Assembly (NCBI GenBank): GCA_035368605.1
Contig: DAOSLF010000007.1
Location: forward strand, 13,747-77,746
Source: Candidatus Omnitrophota bacterium
GTDB taxonomy: Bacteria > Omnitrophota > Omnitrophia > Omnitrophales > Aquincolibacteriaceae
Length of the DNA stretch: 64,000 nt
Direction of reading: 5' to 3'
Shown here: one piece after another, positions 1 through 9,386 of the stretch
How positions within the stretch are numbered: the stretch's first letter is position 1
Layout of the letters: each line of letters starts with the position of its first letter
Notes under the pieces: model-generated
Database searches by the model: none
Told to the model about the DNA's origin: nothing
The model's input: the letters and a program-made list of their open reading frames with translations, nothing else
Translations under genes and position numbers: made by a program

Positions 1-329
1 TCCTTCCGGAAGAGGGAGAAATCGCAACCCGCGAGCGATTCGATTGAAAGGTACATCGGGTCAAACGCCATGCTGGACTGGGCGTCGTAGGGGCGGAAAT
101 CGAAAGCGACATCGTTCAGCGGAAGCAGCTGGATCAGGGAAATCCCCGTTCCGGCGCACCAGTTCACGAGCAGCTTCAGGTCGGGGGCTTCCCCGATCCC
201 GACACTTTTCCGGGAATAGATCGAAAAAAGCGGCGTCGCGACCCCCGCCCGCCGTTTCGCCCCGACCTTTTTCCAGGCCTTCGCGCACGCGCTTTTCAAA
301 AAAGACGAGTAATCAAACTTTTGGCTCAT
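1..329 (-). CDS. malQ: 4-alpha-glucanotransferase (GH77 amylomaltase), N-terminal ~109 aa; gene continues beyond window start
   Basis: Own translation of the minus strand from the ATG at 329..327: MSQKFDYSSFLKSACAKAWKKVGAKRRAGVATPLFSIYSRKSVGIGEAPDLKLLVNWCAGTGISLIQLLPLND... This matches the conserved MalQ N-terminus (hydrophobic-x-S-x-x-S-x-GIGDxxD ... LLPL). It is not in the ORF track because it runs off the edge. Confidence 0.6.
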   Translation of the reverse strand, partial: MSQKFDYSSFLKSACAKAWKKVGAKRRAGVATPLFSIYSRKSVGIGEAPDLKLLVNWCAGTGISLIQLLPLNDVAFDFRPYDAQSSMAFDPMYLSIESLAGCDFSLFRK

Positions 330-372
330 GTGGACTCCCTGTACCCTTCGTGATTCAAAAACGGACCTGTTT

Positions 373-978
373 TCACTGCATTTCCCTGAACCGGTCGAAG
401 ATCTTCCGGATATCCCCGTCCGCCGAACGGAGGGCCTGCACACAGACAAAGATCAGGACCGAGAACTGCCAGCAATCCTCGGGTCCGATCACAAGCCCCG
501 TTGTCACATTCTCCTGCTGCTGGAGCCGCTCTGAGTACCGGTCGATTGCCTGGCGGAGCTTTCCCTCGAACACTTCCAGCGTGTTGACTTTGTTCTCGTA
601 CTTCATGGACGGGAAACGGATTCCGCGCATGAGGAGGAACGTCATCAGATAATCCGACGTCCCGGAGAATTTCTTGTCGAAATCAAACCCCTCGAGCTGG
701 GGCATGCAGGGCGGAAGAATGATCGACGGTTTGTCGACCGTGACCTTGCCTTTCCGGACCACCGTGTCCCCGCGGTTCACGGCTGACTCCGCAAGAAACA
801 CATACGGAAGCTGCGTTGCCTCAAAGGTCGAGAGCGGCTGGACTCTCGGACGGATGATCTCCGTCTGCTTCAGCGCTTTTTCCCACGACTCATGGATGTC
901 CAATGCCGGCTCCTTCGACGCTTTCCGCGCGTCAGGTATAACACCCCTTGACTGAACGGCCGTCCGTGCCCGGATCAA
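373..978 (-). CDS. hypothetical protein (no recognisable motif); sits between the prepilin gene and malQ
   Basis: 201-aa ORF on the dominant coding strand, 43 bp upstream of the malQ start. No conserved motif recognised. Confidence 0.4.
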   Translation of the reverse strand: MIRARTAVQSRGVIPDARKASKEPALDIHESWEKALKQTEIIRPRVQPLSTFEATQLPYVFLAESAVNRGDTVVRKGKVTVDKPSIILPPCMPQLEGFDFDKKFSGTSDYLMTFLLMRGIRFPSMKYENKVNTLEVFEGKLRQAIDRYSERLQQQENVTTGLVIGPEDCWQFSVLIFVCVQALRSADGDIRKIFDRFREMQ

Positions 979-1438
979 CCGCCGTGTAGTTCCCGGAACA
1001 GCTGTAATGACCGTCAGATCCCAGGGTGATTTCCCCGTATTTCACACCCTCGATCATACGCACCGCCACACACCGGTTCGTCCCGCCCTCCGCGGACGCG
1101 GCATAACAGTGATACGTGAAGGCCCCGCTCCGGGGAACCCTGAGATTGAGCCGCGCCCAACGTGCCGCGCACGGCGAATTCTCGGGGCACTCTTCTGGCT
1201 CGGACGAAATCCGGAAATATTTCTTTTGGTCCGAAAGGTCCAGATAATCGTTCTGGGCCCTCACGATCACACCGAGCATCTGATGGGGTTCCGCGATATA
1301 GGCGCGTTCCGTCTGTCCCACAAATCGCGGAATCATCAGCGATGCGAGGGTCGCCGTGATGACAACAACCATCAGCAGCTCGATCAGCGTGAATCCCCGC
1401 TCTCCCGGGGCCGGTCGATCTCGGGACATTAAATTCAC
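932..1438 (-). CDS. prepilin-type N-terminal cleavage/methylation domain protein (type IV pilin / pseudopilin)
   Basis: N-terminus ...GFTLIELLMVVVI... is the canonical class III signal peptide and N-methylation motif, followed by a hydrophobic helix. Confidence 0.8.
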   Translation of the reverse strand: MNLMSRDRPAPGERGFTLIELLMVVVITATLASLMIPRFVGQTERAYIAEPHQMLGVIVRAQNDYLDLSDQKKYFRISSEPEECPENSPCAARWARLNLRVPRSGAFTYHCYAASAEGGTNRCVAVRMIEGVKYGEITLGSDGHYSCSGNYTAVDPGTDGRSVKGCYT

Positions 1439-1503
1439 ATCCTCCCTTTTAAGGGGGTTATGCTAACGAATCCTCGGCAACGGGACAAGAAAAACCCCGC
1501 TCT

Positions 1504-1968
1504 TCAGGACCAATCCGATACGGAAATATCATCGGCAAGCTCATTCTGGTCCTCATCATGATAAGGATAGAACGCCTTGAGCTTCTCCCCCGCCTTCAGG
1601 ATGGCCCGAACGACCCCTTCCGCAAATTTCCTCTCCCGGAAACACCCGCGCATCAGCGCGATCTCGCTATCCCAGAATCCCTCCGGCACCTTTTCATGAA
1701 TCCCGCGATCCCCGATGATCGCGACCTGCTTGTCCCGGACCGCGAGGAAGATCAGGACACCGTTCCGGTCCTTCGTCTTCGTCATGCCGATCCGTTCAAA
1801 GACCCGGCGCGCATGCTCCAGGATATCCCCCTTAACGCGTCGTTCGAGATGGACACGAATTTCGCCGGACGTGTTTTTCTCGGCCTCCCGGATCGCGGAG
1901 ACGATCCTCGATTTTTCTGATCGCGAAAAAAAGAAACCGGGGAATCTCTTGAGAAGTTTCATCACCAT
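1504..1968 (-). CDS. TPM domain-containing protein (TLP18.3/Psb32/MOLO-1 family, cytoplasmic-type)
   Basis: About 150 aa, and it 7-nt-overlaps the upstream TPM gene. This is the typical third gene of a LemA-TPM-TPM cassette. Confidence 0.65.
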   Translation of the reverse strand: MVMKLLKRFPGFFFSRSEKSRIVSAIREAEKNTSGEIRVHLERRVKGDILEHARRVFERIGMTKTKDRNGVLIFLAVRDKQVAIIGDRGIHEKVPEGFWDSEIALMRGCFRERKFAEGVVRAILKAGEKLKAFYPYHDEDQNELADDISVSDWS

Positions 1969-2690
1969 CCTCCGCTCGCGCCGCCGCCACCGAAACTGCC
2001 TCCGCTGAACCCGCCGAAGCCACCGCGGCTGCCTCCCGAACGGTATCCCGTCCCCGTATAAAAGAAACCGCCGCGCCGTCTTCCGCGACGATCATCACCA
2101 CCGGAGCCCTTTCGAAGCAGAGGAGGAAGAACGATCAGGAGGATTATGAACACAAGCGCAGCCGTCTGCCGCCCGTCCCCGGAGGACTTCTTCGCCTTGA
2201 ATTCCCCTCGCACCGCGAGCATGATGGCATCTACACCCGCCTCAACGCCGCTTGCGTAATTCCCCCTGCGAAAACAAGGGGCGATCTCCTGCCGGATGAT
2301 CTGTCCCGAGACCACGTCCGTCAGAACCCCTTCGAGGCCATACCCCACCTCGATGCGGATCTTCCGGTCGTCCCGGAAAACAAGAAGGAGAACGCCGTTG
2401 TCCCTGTCTTTCTGCCCGGGTTTCCAGGTTTCAGCGATCCTCATGGAAATATCCTCGAGCGATCCGCCCTCAAGCGATGGAAAGATCGCGACGGCGATCT
2501 GGGTCGAGGTTTGTTGATCGAACGTCCGAAGTTTCGCTTCGAGTTCAACCCGGGCGGACGGGGAAAGAAGTCCCGCGCGGTCGGTCACATAACCGTCGGC
2601 TCGGGGAGGAATATCAAAAGCAAAAAGGCGGGAGGCAAACGCAGCAACAACCAGTAAAGAAAGGGTAATGACCTTGAAGATGCGCGGCAT
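1962..2690 (-). CDS. TPM domain-containing protein, YgcG-like (signal peptide, TM segment, Gly/Arg-rich C-terminal tail)
   Basis: Has a signal peptide and a TPM-like core (GYVTDRAGLLS...). It also has an internal TM (ALVFIILLIVLPPLL) and a GGFGGFSGGSFGGGG tail typical of YgcG. Confidence 0.75.
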   Translation of the reverse strand: MPRIFKVITLSLLVVAAFASRLFAFDIPPRADGYVTDRAGLLSPSARVELEAKLRTFDQQTSTQIAVAIFPSLEGGSLEDISMRIAETWKPGQKDRDNGVLLLVFRDDRKIRIEVGYGLEGVLTDVVSGQIIRQEIAPCFRRGNYASGVEAGVDAIMLAVRGEFKAKKSSGDGRQTAALVFIILLIVLPPLLRKGSGGDDRRGRRRGGFFYTGTGYRSGGSRGGFGGFSGGSFGGGGASGGW

Positions 2691-2752
2691 GAGAACCTCA
2701 GCGACTCCCGGCGGCGCCCTGCGGCAGTACCGGGAGTCGCATCAGAAAAATC

Positions 2753-3349
2753 CTAGAACTTGACCTGCGGGACGGTCCTGGCGTCCTGGTCGGCCTGAAA
2801 ATAGGCCTTGTTCCTGAACCCGGCCATGTTGGCGACCACACAGTTCGGAAACTGGCGCCGGAAGGCATTGTAATCCTGCGCGGCCTCATTAAAACGGCGA
2901 CGCTCAACCGTAATCCGGTTCTCGGTGCCTTCAAGCTGGTTCTGGAGGGCAAGGAAATTCTGGCTGGCCTTCAGGTCCGGGTACCGCTCGACCACAACCA
3001 GCAATCGGCCGATCGCGGAACTAAGCTGGGTCTGGGCATCCTGGAATTTCGCGAGCATGTCCGGACTCGAAATGATCTTCGAGGAGGTGTCGATCTTGCC
3101 GATACGCGAACGGGCATCGATCACGCTCTGGAGCGTTTCTTTTTCGTGCGCGGCGTATCCTTTCACCGTCTCCACCAGGTTCGGCACGAGGTCGGCCCGG
3201 CGCTGGTAAACGTTCTCGACCTGCGCCCATGCCCCGCTCACACCCTCTTCCTTCGAGACAAGGCCGTTATACACACTCCCGAACATGAGACCTGTGATGA
3301 CAAGCGCCACGATGATGACGGCAACCAGTATCAAAAGAAATGCTTTCAT
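2753..3349 (-). CDS. lemA: LemA family protein
   Basis: N-terminal TM, then a conserved LemA core (QVENVYQRRADLVPNLVETVKGYAAHE ... ERYPDLKASQNFLALQNQLEGTENRI). Confidence 0.85.
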   Translation of the reverse strand: MKAFLLILVAVIIVALVITGLMFGSVYNGLVSKEEGVSGAWAQVENVYQRRADLVPNLVETVKGYAAHEKETLQSVIDARSRIGKIDTSSKIISSPDMLAKFQDAQTQLSSAIGRLLVVVERYPDLKASQNFLALQNQLEGTENRITVERRRFNEAAQDYNAFRRQFPNCVVANMAGFRNKAYFQADQDARTVPQVKF

Positions 3350-3443
3350 CAGTTAAACCCTCCGGTGAAAAGGTTGTTTTGAAAAGACGTCTCATTATAT
3401 TCGCCGGCATGAAAGGGCGCAACGACTAACGGCCCGAAAAAGA

Positions 3444-5159
3444 TCAATAACTGGAGGAAAGCGAAAAGTGGAACTGGGAATTCCCGCGCTCCGTCAGCGG
3501 ATGATCGGCAAGCGGCACCCCCCACTCAAAGCGCGCCGTGAGGTTGTTGCGAAGACGGATCTGGAACCCCGCGCCGGTCCCGGCCATGAAATTGGTGCGT
3601 TCTTCCGAAGAGGAGGGGCTGTGGTTACGACCGTACCCCATATCGAAAAACCAGATCAGGTCAACCTGGTCACGCAGGGGAGACTTGTCAAGGGGAACAC
3701 GCCATTCTTGCGGAAAAAAGAATGCGGGAACGAGATAATCCAAGCGGGACTGAACCCCCTGGTCCGCTCCAAAATCACTTTCAGGATAGCCGCGCACCGA
3801 TCTGGCGCCGCCAAGGAACATCTGTTCCTGGGGAAGCAGGCGCTGCGGGGAAAACTGCCCCGTCACGTCCCAGACCGCTTTGGTCTTCCACGGCATTTTT
3901 TGATAGCGCGACAGTGAATATCCATACTTGAAGAACCGGTGGCACCCGCCCCTGCTCGCAAGAGGCCAACCGTCTCCACGGTTCGGCATTCCGAAATAAA
4001 CCCCCTGCCCGATCCCCCAGCCACCCCAGCGGTCGCGGGCCTGGAAATCCCCGCGCGCGGAAAGGACCCGCTCTTTGTCCCAGACGGTCGTGACACTCTG
4101 CGTCCGCGTGTGCTTCTCCTTGAAATCGAAGCCGATCTGCACGTTCCCCGAATATTTTTCCGTGCGGATCACGCGCTGCTGGAGCGCGAGACTATAGGTG
4201 TCGGAAATGCTGTTGATGCCGTAGATCTTGAATTCTTTCTTGGGCGTCACCTGCGCGTGGCTGTAACTGGAGATCAGTTTGGTCCCGAAATCGGACACCG
4301 GCAAGACGTGATAAAGATACAGGGACCCGAAATTATTCCCGAAATTCGTACCGATCAGGAATATGTCGTCGAGACCGAGGAAATTGTTATTGCGGACGGT
4401 AAAACCGTGCCGCTCATGACCGGTCAATTTTACGCCCTGATTATCGAACGTGTAACCCAGATGGATCGGAAAACGGTCCTCGACGTTCAGGACCACGTCT
4501 GAAGTCCCTTTTTCTTTTCCCGCCCGCAGGATCGGCTTCACCGTCCGGTCAGGGTTTTCGTTCATATCAAGCACGTTCTGGCGAATAGAGTCGTAGCCAA
4601 GGACCTCGCCCTTCTTGATCTTCCAGTAGCTCATGGTCCGGCGCACGGAATAATAGCGGCTGTTGATGACCGAAAGATCCCCCATTTTGGACACAACGAC
4701 CTTGAGGCGAATCTCCGGCTTTTCCATTTTCTGCGGCGGGAGAAGAACGACGGCGATATACCCTTTGGCCCGGAAAACCTGTTCCAGAGCCGAGATCATG
4801 GTTTGAAGCTGTTCAAAGCTGATCGTCTGACCTTCAAACTTCCTGAGAACAGGATCATATTCCGCGGCGGGGAGAAGGACATCGCCTTCAAGATTGAACT
4901 TTTGAACAAAAAAGGTAGGGCCAGCGGCCTCGCTCTGGCCGGACTCCTCTTCTTCGATCACAACCGCTTCCGGCGCTTTGGGTGTCAGCAACTGTTCCTG
5001 GGCTTCTTCCCTGACCCTGGCATCCAGCACCCCGGCCGTCGCGCCCGCGGGCACAAGGTCGCGATCCGTGGCATCCGCCGCCCGGAGGGTTCCGCAGAAG
5101 GAAACCATCAGCAAGCAAATCAGGAGCCCTGCGCCGGGATGGAATCGTTTTTTATTCAT
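3444..5159 (-). CDS. ShlB/FhaC/HecB family two-partner-secretion outer membrane transporter (TpsB)
   Basis: Signal peptide, a POTRA-like region, then about 400 aa rich in beta-barrel residues ending in an aromatic C-terminus (FHFSLSSSY). No TpsA cargo gene is visible in the window. Confidence 0.7.
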   Translation of the reverse strand: MNKKRFHPGAGLLICLLMVSFCGTLRAADATDRDLVPAGATAGVLDARVREEAQEQLLTPKAPEAVVIEEEESGQSEAAGPTFFVQKFNLEGDVLLPAAEYDPVLRKFEGQTISFEQLQTMISALEQVFRAKGYIAVVLLPPQKMEKPEIRLKVVVSKMGDLSVINSRYYSVRRTMSYWKIKKGEVLGYDSIRQNVLDMNENPDRTVKPILRAGKEKGTSDVVLNVEDRFPIHLGYTFDNQGVKLTGHERHGFTVRNNNFLGLDDIFLIGTNFGNNFGSLYLYHVLPVSDFGTKLISSYSHAQVTPKKEFKIYGINSISDTYSLALQQRVIRTEKYSGNVQIGFDFKEKHTRTQSVTTVWDKERVLSARGDFQARDRWGGWGIGQGVYFGMPNRGDGWPLASRGGCHRFFKYGYSLSRYQKMPWKTKAVWDVTGQFSPQRLLPQEQMFLGGARSVRGYPESDFGADQGVQSRLDYLVPAFFFPQEWRVPLDKSPLRDQVDLIWFFDMGYGRNHSPSSSEERTNFMAGTGAGFQIRLRNNLTARFEWGVPLADHPLTERGNSQFHFSLSSSY

Positions 5160-5265
5160 GCTTTGATTTTCGGCTTATTCCTGGAATATTGAACCATCGT
5201 TTCAGAACATTGTCGCATTATACTTTCAAAATCCGGGAACGGTAACAAATTCCTGACCGGACAGA

Positions 5266-6357
5266 TCATGCCCGGGAAGCGCCGCCGGTCCAAAAGGGTG
5301 AGTAAAATTCGGCTTTGGCGGGAATCCGGAGGCGGCGAAGCAGCCGCTGGACCAGGGCACTCTCGGCTTCCTGCCACCGGTTCTCGTCCTTTTCTTTCCC
5401 GGTAACGGTAAAAGCGCCGCCCGCCACCATGTCATGTCCGCCGGCCTCTTTCCGGTCATCGAAAATATCGCGGAGAATCTCCGGCGTATTGTCGGTCGGG
5501 CGATTGCTGCGGAGCGAAACGTGCAGCTTGTCCTCGTAACGCCCCGTGCAAAACGAGCGTTCCATCCCCTCGTAGGTCAGGAGGAAATCGGCGATCTCGG
5601 ACACAAGGTCCGGATGCTCCACTTCGCCGAGGTGGGAGATGATGAGCCCCCTCAGAGCCTTTGCCACACCAAGTCCCTTGCTTAGAGTGCTGAAGAACTT
5701 CTTCGTCTTCGGCGGATGCTGGATCTTGATAAGTGCCCGCATATCGCACAGGGGAAGGATCGAAAGATAGGTCTCAATGATGTCCGCGCGCTTCGCCCGG
5801 TAAAGGTTCAGCGTATCCGAGAGGATTCCGTAGGCGAGCGCCGTTGCGAGCTTCCGCGGAATCTCGAGACCGCTCAAGAGCAGGGCCTGGGCCAGGATCA
5901 CACTTGTCGCGCCGCATTCCGTGTCCACGATGACAAAGTCGGCAAGGGGTTTTTTGACGTACGGATGCTGGTCAATGACCATCGTGACCTTGCGGTTGCG
6001 CGGATAGGGATTATTCTCGAAATCGGGCTGGGTGTCGATCAGTGCGGCATGGTCGTACTTGCGGATGTCCGACGGACGGATTTTGTGGATGGGAATCCTG
6101 AGCAGGTTCACCATCGCCCGGTTCTCGACGCGGCCAACGGTCCCCTTGTAAACGATCCTCGAACGAATGCCGAATTTCTTTTTGGCGATGTACTGAAGCG
6201 CGTACGCCGTCGCGATCGCGTCCGGGTCCGGATAATCATGCGTCACGATCAAAAGCGGCGAAATGGACTTCCCTTTTTTCTCGAGGTAGCGGAGGAGCTT
6301 GCGGCCGTTCTGCGCCGCGGGGTGAAGCGGCATGCGGGCGTGGGACTTGCCCGTCAT
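5266..6357 (-). CDS. nrnA: DHH/DHHA1 family phosphoesterase (NrnA-like oligoribonuclease / pAp phosphatase)
   Basis: DHH motif (IVTHDYPDPDAIATAYAL), a GGH motif (GGHDMVAGGA) and a DHHA1 C-terminus. I placed the start at Met 6357, which forms an ATGA overlap with the upstream TPR gene stop. The 72-aa N-terminal extension in the ORF track was rejected. Confidence 0.75.
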   Translation of the reverse strand: MTGKSHARMPLHPAAQNGRKLLRYLEKKGKSISPLLIVTHDYPDPDAIATAYALQYIAKKKFGIRSRIVYKGTVGRVENRAMVNLLRIPIHKIRPSDIRKYDHAALIDTQPDFENNPYPRNRKVTMVIDQHPYVKKPLADFVIVDTECGATSVILAQALLLSGLEIPRKLATALAYGILSDTLNLYRAKRADIIETYLSILPLCDMRALIKIQHPPKTKKFFSTLSKGLGVAKALRGLIISHLGEVEHPDLVSEIADFLLTYEGMERSFCTGRYEDKLHVSLRSNRPTDNTPEILRDIFDDRKEAGGHDMVAGGAFTVTGKEKDENRWQEAESALVQRLLRRLRIPAKAEFYSPFWTGGASRA

Positions 6358-6731
6358 TTTGCGGGACCCCGATCTTTCGCCAGGGCGTCGAACCAGGCCC
6401 GGAACGGACTGTGGTCCCTCAGGTTCTTCAGATCGCTGTCCTTCCCGATATGCCGGAAATCCCGGAAACCCAAACGGACCGCTTTCTTGAGGGCGGCAAA
6501 GGACTTGGCTGTCTTTCCGAGGAGCGAATAGCTGCACGCGAGATTGTAATGGATGACGGGATCGTTCTTGCAAAGACCCGCGAGCCGCTTGTCGATCTCA
6601 AGACCTTTTTCATAAAGTCCGAGGCACGTATACGCGTGCGCGAGCGGAACGAGCGCATCGATATAATCGGGACGCTGGCGAACCACGCCTTCAAAAAAAC
6701 TGACTTCAAAATCATCGGCTTTCGTTTTCAT
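6354..6731 (-). CDS. tetratricopeptide repeat protein
   Basis: TPR-like degenerate 34-aa repeats (AHAYTCLGLYEKGLEID ... YNLACSYSLLGKTAKS ... LKKAV). Confidence 0.6.
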   Translation of the reverse strand: MKTKADDFEVSFFEGVVRQRPDYIDALVPLAHAYTCLGLYEKGLEIDKRLAGLCKNDPVIHYNLACSYSLLGKTAKSFAALKKAVRLGFRDFRHIGKDSDLKNLRDHSPFRAWFDALAKDRGPAK

Positions 6732-6756
6732 GAATCGACGATCCTCCTCACAATGC

Positions 6757-7149
6757 TTAGCGGGAAAGCAGATTTCTTTCCAGCGTTCTCAAAAATTCCT
6801 CCGCCCGGAACGGCTTCAGGATGAAATCGCGAATCCCCATTCGCGCCGCGGATTGCTTGACGGGCTCATCGTTATAGGCCGTAAGCACGATCTCGGGGAT
6901 CGGGGGCTTCCCCATCTGTCGGCAATAATCGCGCGACGCTTGAATAATTTGAAGGCCGTCCATGCCGGGCATCCGGATGTCCGTGATCAGAAGGTCAAAG
7001 TGCTGCTCGCTCAGCGCCGCCAGCGCTTCGTCTCCGCCGGAGACCACCGTCGGCTGATAACCGGCCTCCCTCAGGAAGATCTCCAGGGTCTTCCGCACCA
7101 GACCATCATCATCGACGGCAAGAACCCGTTTCGTTTTTTTCGTCATCAT
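6757..7149 (-). CDS. response regulator, single receiver domain (CheY-like)
   Basis: RVLAVDDD...DLLITDIRMPGMDG...LTAY...ILKP contains all the conserved receiver residues. There is no output domain. Confidence 0.85.
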   Translation of the reverse strand: MMTKKTKRVLAVDDDGLVRKTLEIFLREAGYQPTVVSGGDEALAALSEQHFDLLITDIRMPGMDGLQIIQASRDYCRQMGKPPIPEIVLTAYNDEPVKQSAARMGIRDFILKPFRAEEFLRTLERNLLSR

Positions 7150-7730
7150 CCGCGCTCCTTCCGGGCCCGGGAATAAAGGCCCTTCATTTCCCCAGCCGCG
7201 ATCACATGCTTTCGCATGGCGTTTTCCACATCCTTCTTCGTTGCGCCGGGGCCAAGACCGAGTGTCGCGACATCAAGCGCGTAAATCTTGAAAAAATACC
7301 GGTGTATCCCCCCGGGAGGGCACGGTCCGCCATACCCGATCGTCCTGAAATCGGTCATTCCCTGGATCCCGCCTCCACTGACCGTATCCGACTTCGGGAT
7401 ACCTTCCGGAAGACCTGTGGTTCCCGGCGGGAGATCATAAATCACCCAGTGGACCCATGTGCCAACCGGCGCGTCGGGATCGTCCGAGACAAGCACAAGG
7501 CTCTTGGCGGAAGCCGGCACGCCGGACCAATCGAGTTGCGGAGACATATCTTCACCGTCGCAGGTATAGCGGGACGGGATCATGCCGTCCGGCGGAAATG
7601 CCGGGCTCGTGATAGTGATCTTTTCCACGGGCACCTCCCTGGCAAACCCAAAAGGGGGTGTCATCGCCAAGGCCATCCAGACCCGGAACAGCGCCGAAAC
7701 CTTTTTCACGGCATCACCTCCCGTCTGCAA
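7146..7730 (-). CDS. YbhB/YbcL family Raf kinase inhibitor-like protein (PEBP), secreted
   Basis: PEBP motifs (DPDAP...GTWVHWVIYDL ... YGGPCPPGGIHRYFFKIYALD) with an N-terminal signal peptide. Confidence 0.8.
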   Translation of the reverse strand: MQTGGDAVKKVSALFRVWMALAMTPPFGFAREVPVEKITITSPAFPPDGMIPSRYTCDGEDMSPQLDWSGVPASAKSLVLVSDDPDAPVGTWVHWVIYDLPPGTTGLPEGIPKSDTVSGGGIQGMTDFRTIGYGGPCPPGGIHRYFFKIYALDVATLGLGPGATKKDVENAMRKHVIAAGEMKGLYSRARKERG

Positions 7731-7733
7731 CCT

Positions 7734-8306
7734 TCAGGCCATGCTTTTGACAGTGACGCGATCGAGGTAGCTGAGGTCTTCGGTATTCACGCGTATCTTT
7801 TCGCCTTCCCGGATGAATTGCGGCACAAGAACCCTGAGCCCGTTCTCGAGCTCCGCTTCCTTGTAGGTCGTGTCGCTCTGGCCTTTCACACCCTGAGGGG
7901 TGCTTGTGACCTTCAATTCCACGATCTTCGGGAACATGATGCTCAGAACCCGCCCTTCCCCGAAGAGGACCTCGATCGCTTCATTCTCCTTCAGGAACAC
8001 CTCGTGCCGTCCCACCGCCCTGGCCGTGATATTGAACTGCTCATAATTTTCCATGTTCATAAAAACGAACTGATCGCTTTCCCGGTAGAGGTATTGCATT
8101 TTGACGATACGAACCGGCACGTCCTCAATCTTGTCCTCCGCGCGGAAACTTTTTTCGGCCACATTCCCGTCCTCGATGCTCCGGACCTTGCAGTGAACGC
8201 TTTTGCCGAACTTTCCCGTCCCTTTCACTTCCTGCGTGATGACCTTGAAAAGTTTCCCGTCGGATTTGAAGACGTTCCCGACCCTGAGTTCCGTCGCGAT
8301 GATCAT
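7734..8306 (-). CDS. efp: elongation factor P
   Basis: Full-length match to EF-P (ELRVGNVFKSDGKLFKV...KGTGKFGKSVHCKVR). Confidence 0.95.
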   Translation of the reverse strand: MIIATELRVGNVFKSDGKLFKVITQEVKGTGKFGKSVHCKVRSIEDGNVAEKSFRAEDKIEDVPVRIVKMQYLYRESDQFVFMNMENYEQFNITARAVGRHEVFLKENEAIEVLFGEGRVLSIMFPKIVELKVTSTPQGVKGQSDTTYKEAELENGLRVLVPQFIREGEKIRVNTEDLSYLDRVTVKSMA

Positions 8307-8319
8307 ATCTCCCTCCCGT

Positions 8320-8835
8320 TCAATGTTTCCATCCGAACATCATCTGCAAATAAGAACGCGGTTCGCGGTCACCGTCCCCGAGACCGAGCCCGGAAGCGAT
8401 CCGCGCGATCACAGACACCGTTCCCTCGATCTCAAGGAAACAGCCGAAGCCCCGGAGCCGGTCGATCGTGACACGGGCTTTCCCGAGACCGTAAAGCTCG
8501 CGATTCTTCGTGTATTTCATGACCGGCCTGAAGCCCGAGAGCAAAAGGATCGAACGGAGCGGACTGTGCTCGACCGGCATTTCAAGCTCCACTCTTTTGG
8601 TGAATCGGGACCGGAGTTTCGGACCCTTCAGCGTCAACGTCGACTGCCCGTCGTAACGCCGGAGCCGCATCGCGATCTTCCGTTTCCTGAGCTCTCCGTT
8701 CCTGTCAAAGAATTCGTTCGTTTCCCGTCCGGAAGCGATCTTTTTCGCGCCAAGCGCCCTCAGACCGCGACGAACCGCGGCAAGGTCTTTCAAACGGTAT
8801 TTTTGCTCGATCTCGTAAACCGTCATTCGCGTCAA
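8320..8835 (-). CDS. CYTH domain protein (class IV adenylate cyclase / triphosphate tunnel metalloenzyme)
   Basis: N-terminal EIEQKY (the ExExK signature of CYTH/CyaB), and about 170 aa in length. Confidence 0.7.
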   Translation of the reverse strand: MTRMTVYEIEQKYRLKDLAAVRRGLRALGAKKIASGRETNEFFDRNGELRKRKIAMRLRRYDGQSTLTLKGPKLRSRFTKRVELEMPVEHSPLRSILLLSGFRPVMKYTKNRELYGLGKARVTIDRLRGFGCFLEIEGTVSVIARIASGLGLGDGDREPRSYLQMMFGWKH

Positions 8836-9386
8836 GCGCCGATGAGCATCTTCGCGCGCACCGTACCGGCCATTTCCTTGCCCGCGAGCGCCTCCGTGAC
8901 GGCGATCGCGAACTCGAGCGCGGTGCCCGGCCCCTGGCTTGTGATGATATGCCCATCAACCACGACACGGTCCGCGGAATGCCTGACCCCCGGGGCAAAA
9001 TCCGTCTCGCAGCCGGGATAGCACGTCGCCTTTTTCCCGTCCAGAATACCAAGCGGAGAAAGCACGGTGGACGGGGCGGCACAAATCGCCGCGATCAGCC
9101 GCTTGTCCGAGTTCATTTTCTTCAGAAATTCTCCTACCACCGCCGACTTTGCGAGATGGGTCGCCCCCGGCAGGCCTCCGGGAACGATCGCGGCGTCGGG
9201 AAGGCCTTTCACGTCTTTCAGGAGAATTTCCGCCAGAACAGGAACCCCCCTTGAACTCTTGACGGTCAGTCCGTCCACGCCGGCAAGGATCGCACGAACC
9301 CCCGCCCGGCGGAGGACATCGACCGGACCGATCGCCTCGATCTCTTCAAACCCTTCCGCGAGGATCACCACGGCTGTCTTGGGCAT
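8832..9386 (-). CDS. DJ-1/PfpI family protein
   Basis: VVILAEGFEEIE...AICAAP...HIITSQGPGTALEFA is the DJ-1/ThiJ fold with the catalytic Cys in AICAAP. Confidence 0.85.
   Translation of the reverse strand: MPKTAVVILAEGFEEIEAIGPVDVLRRAGVRAILAGVDGLTVKSSRGVPVLAEILLKDVKGLPDAAIVPGGLPGATHLAKSAVVGEFLKKMNSDKRLIAAICAAPSTVLSPLGILDGKKATCYPGCETDFAPGVRHSADRVVVDGHIITSQGPGTALEFAIAVTEALAGKEMAGTVRAKMLIGA

Noticed and set aside
5266-6573. N-terminal extensions of several minus-strand ORFs (nrnA to 6573, HAD to 29251, thiD to 58331, metY to 35417, queF to 31387, tilS to 23647, trmB to 37865)
   Set aside because: The extensions are Arg/Pro/Ser-rich and overlap upstream genes (or the tRNA). They lack homology, whereas conserved family N-termini begin at internal Met codons.
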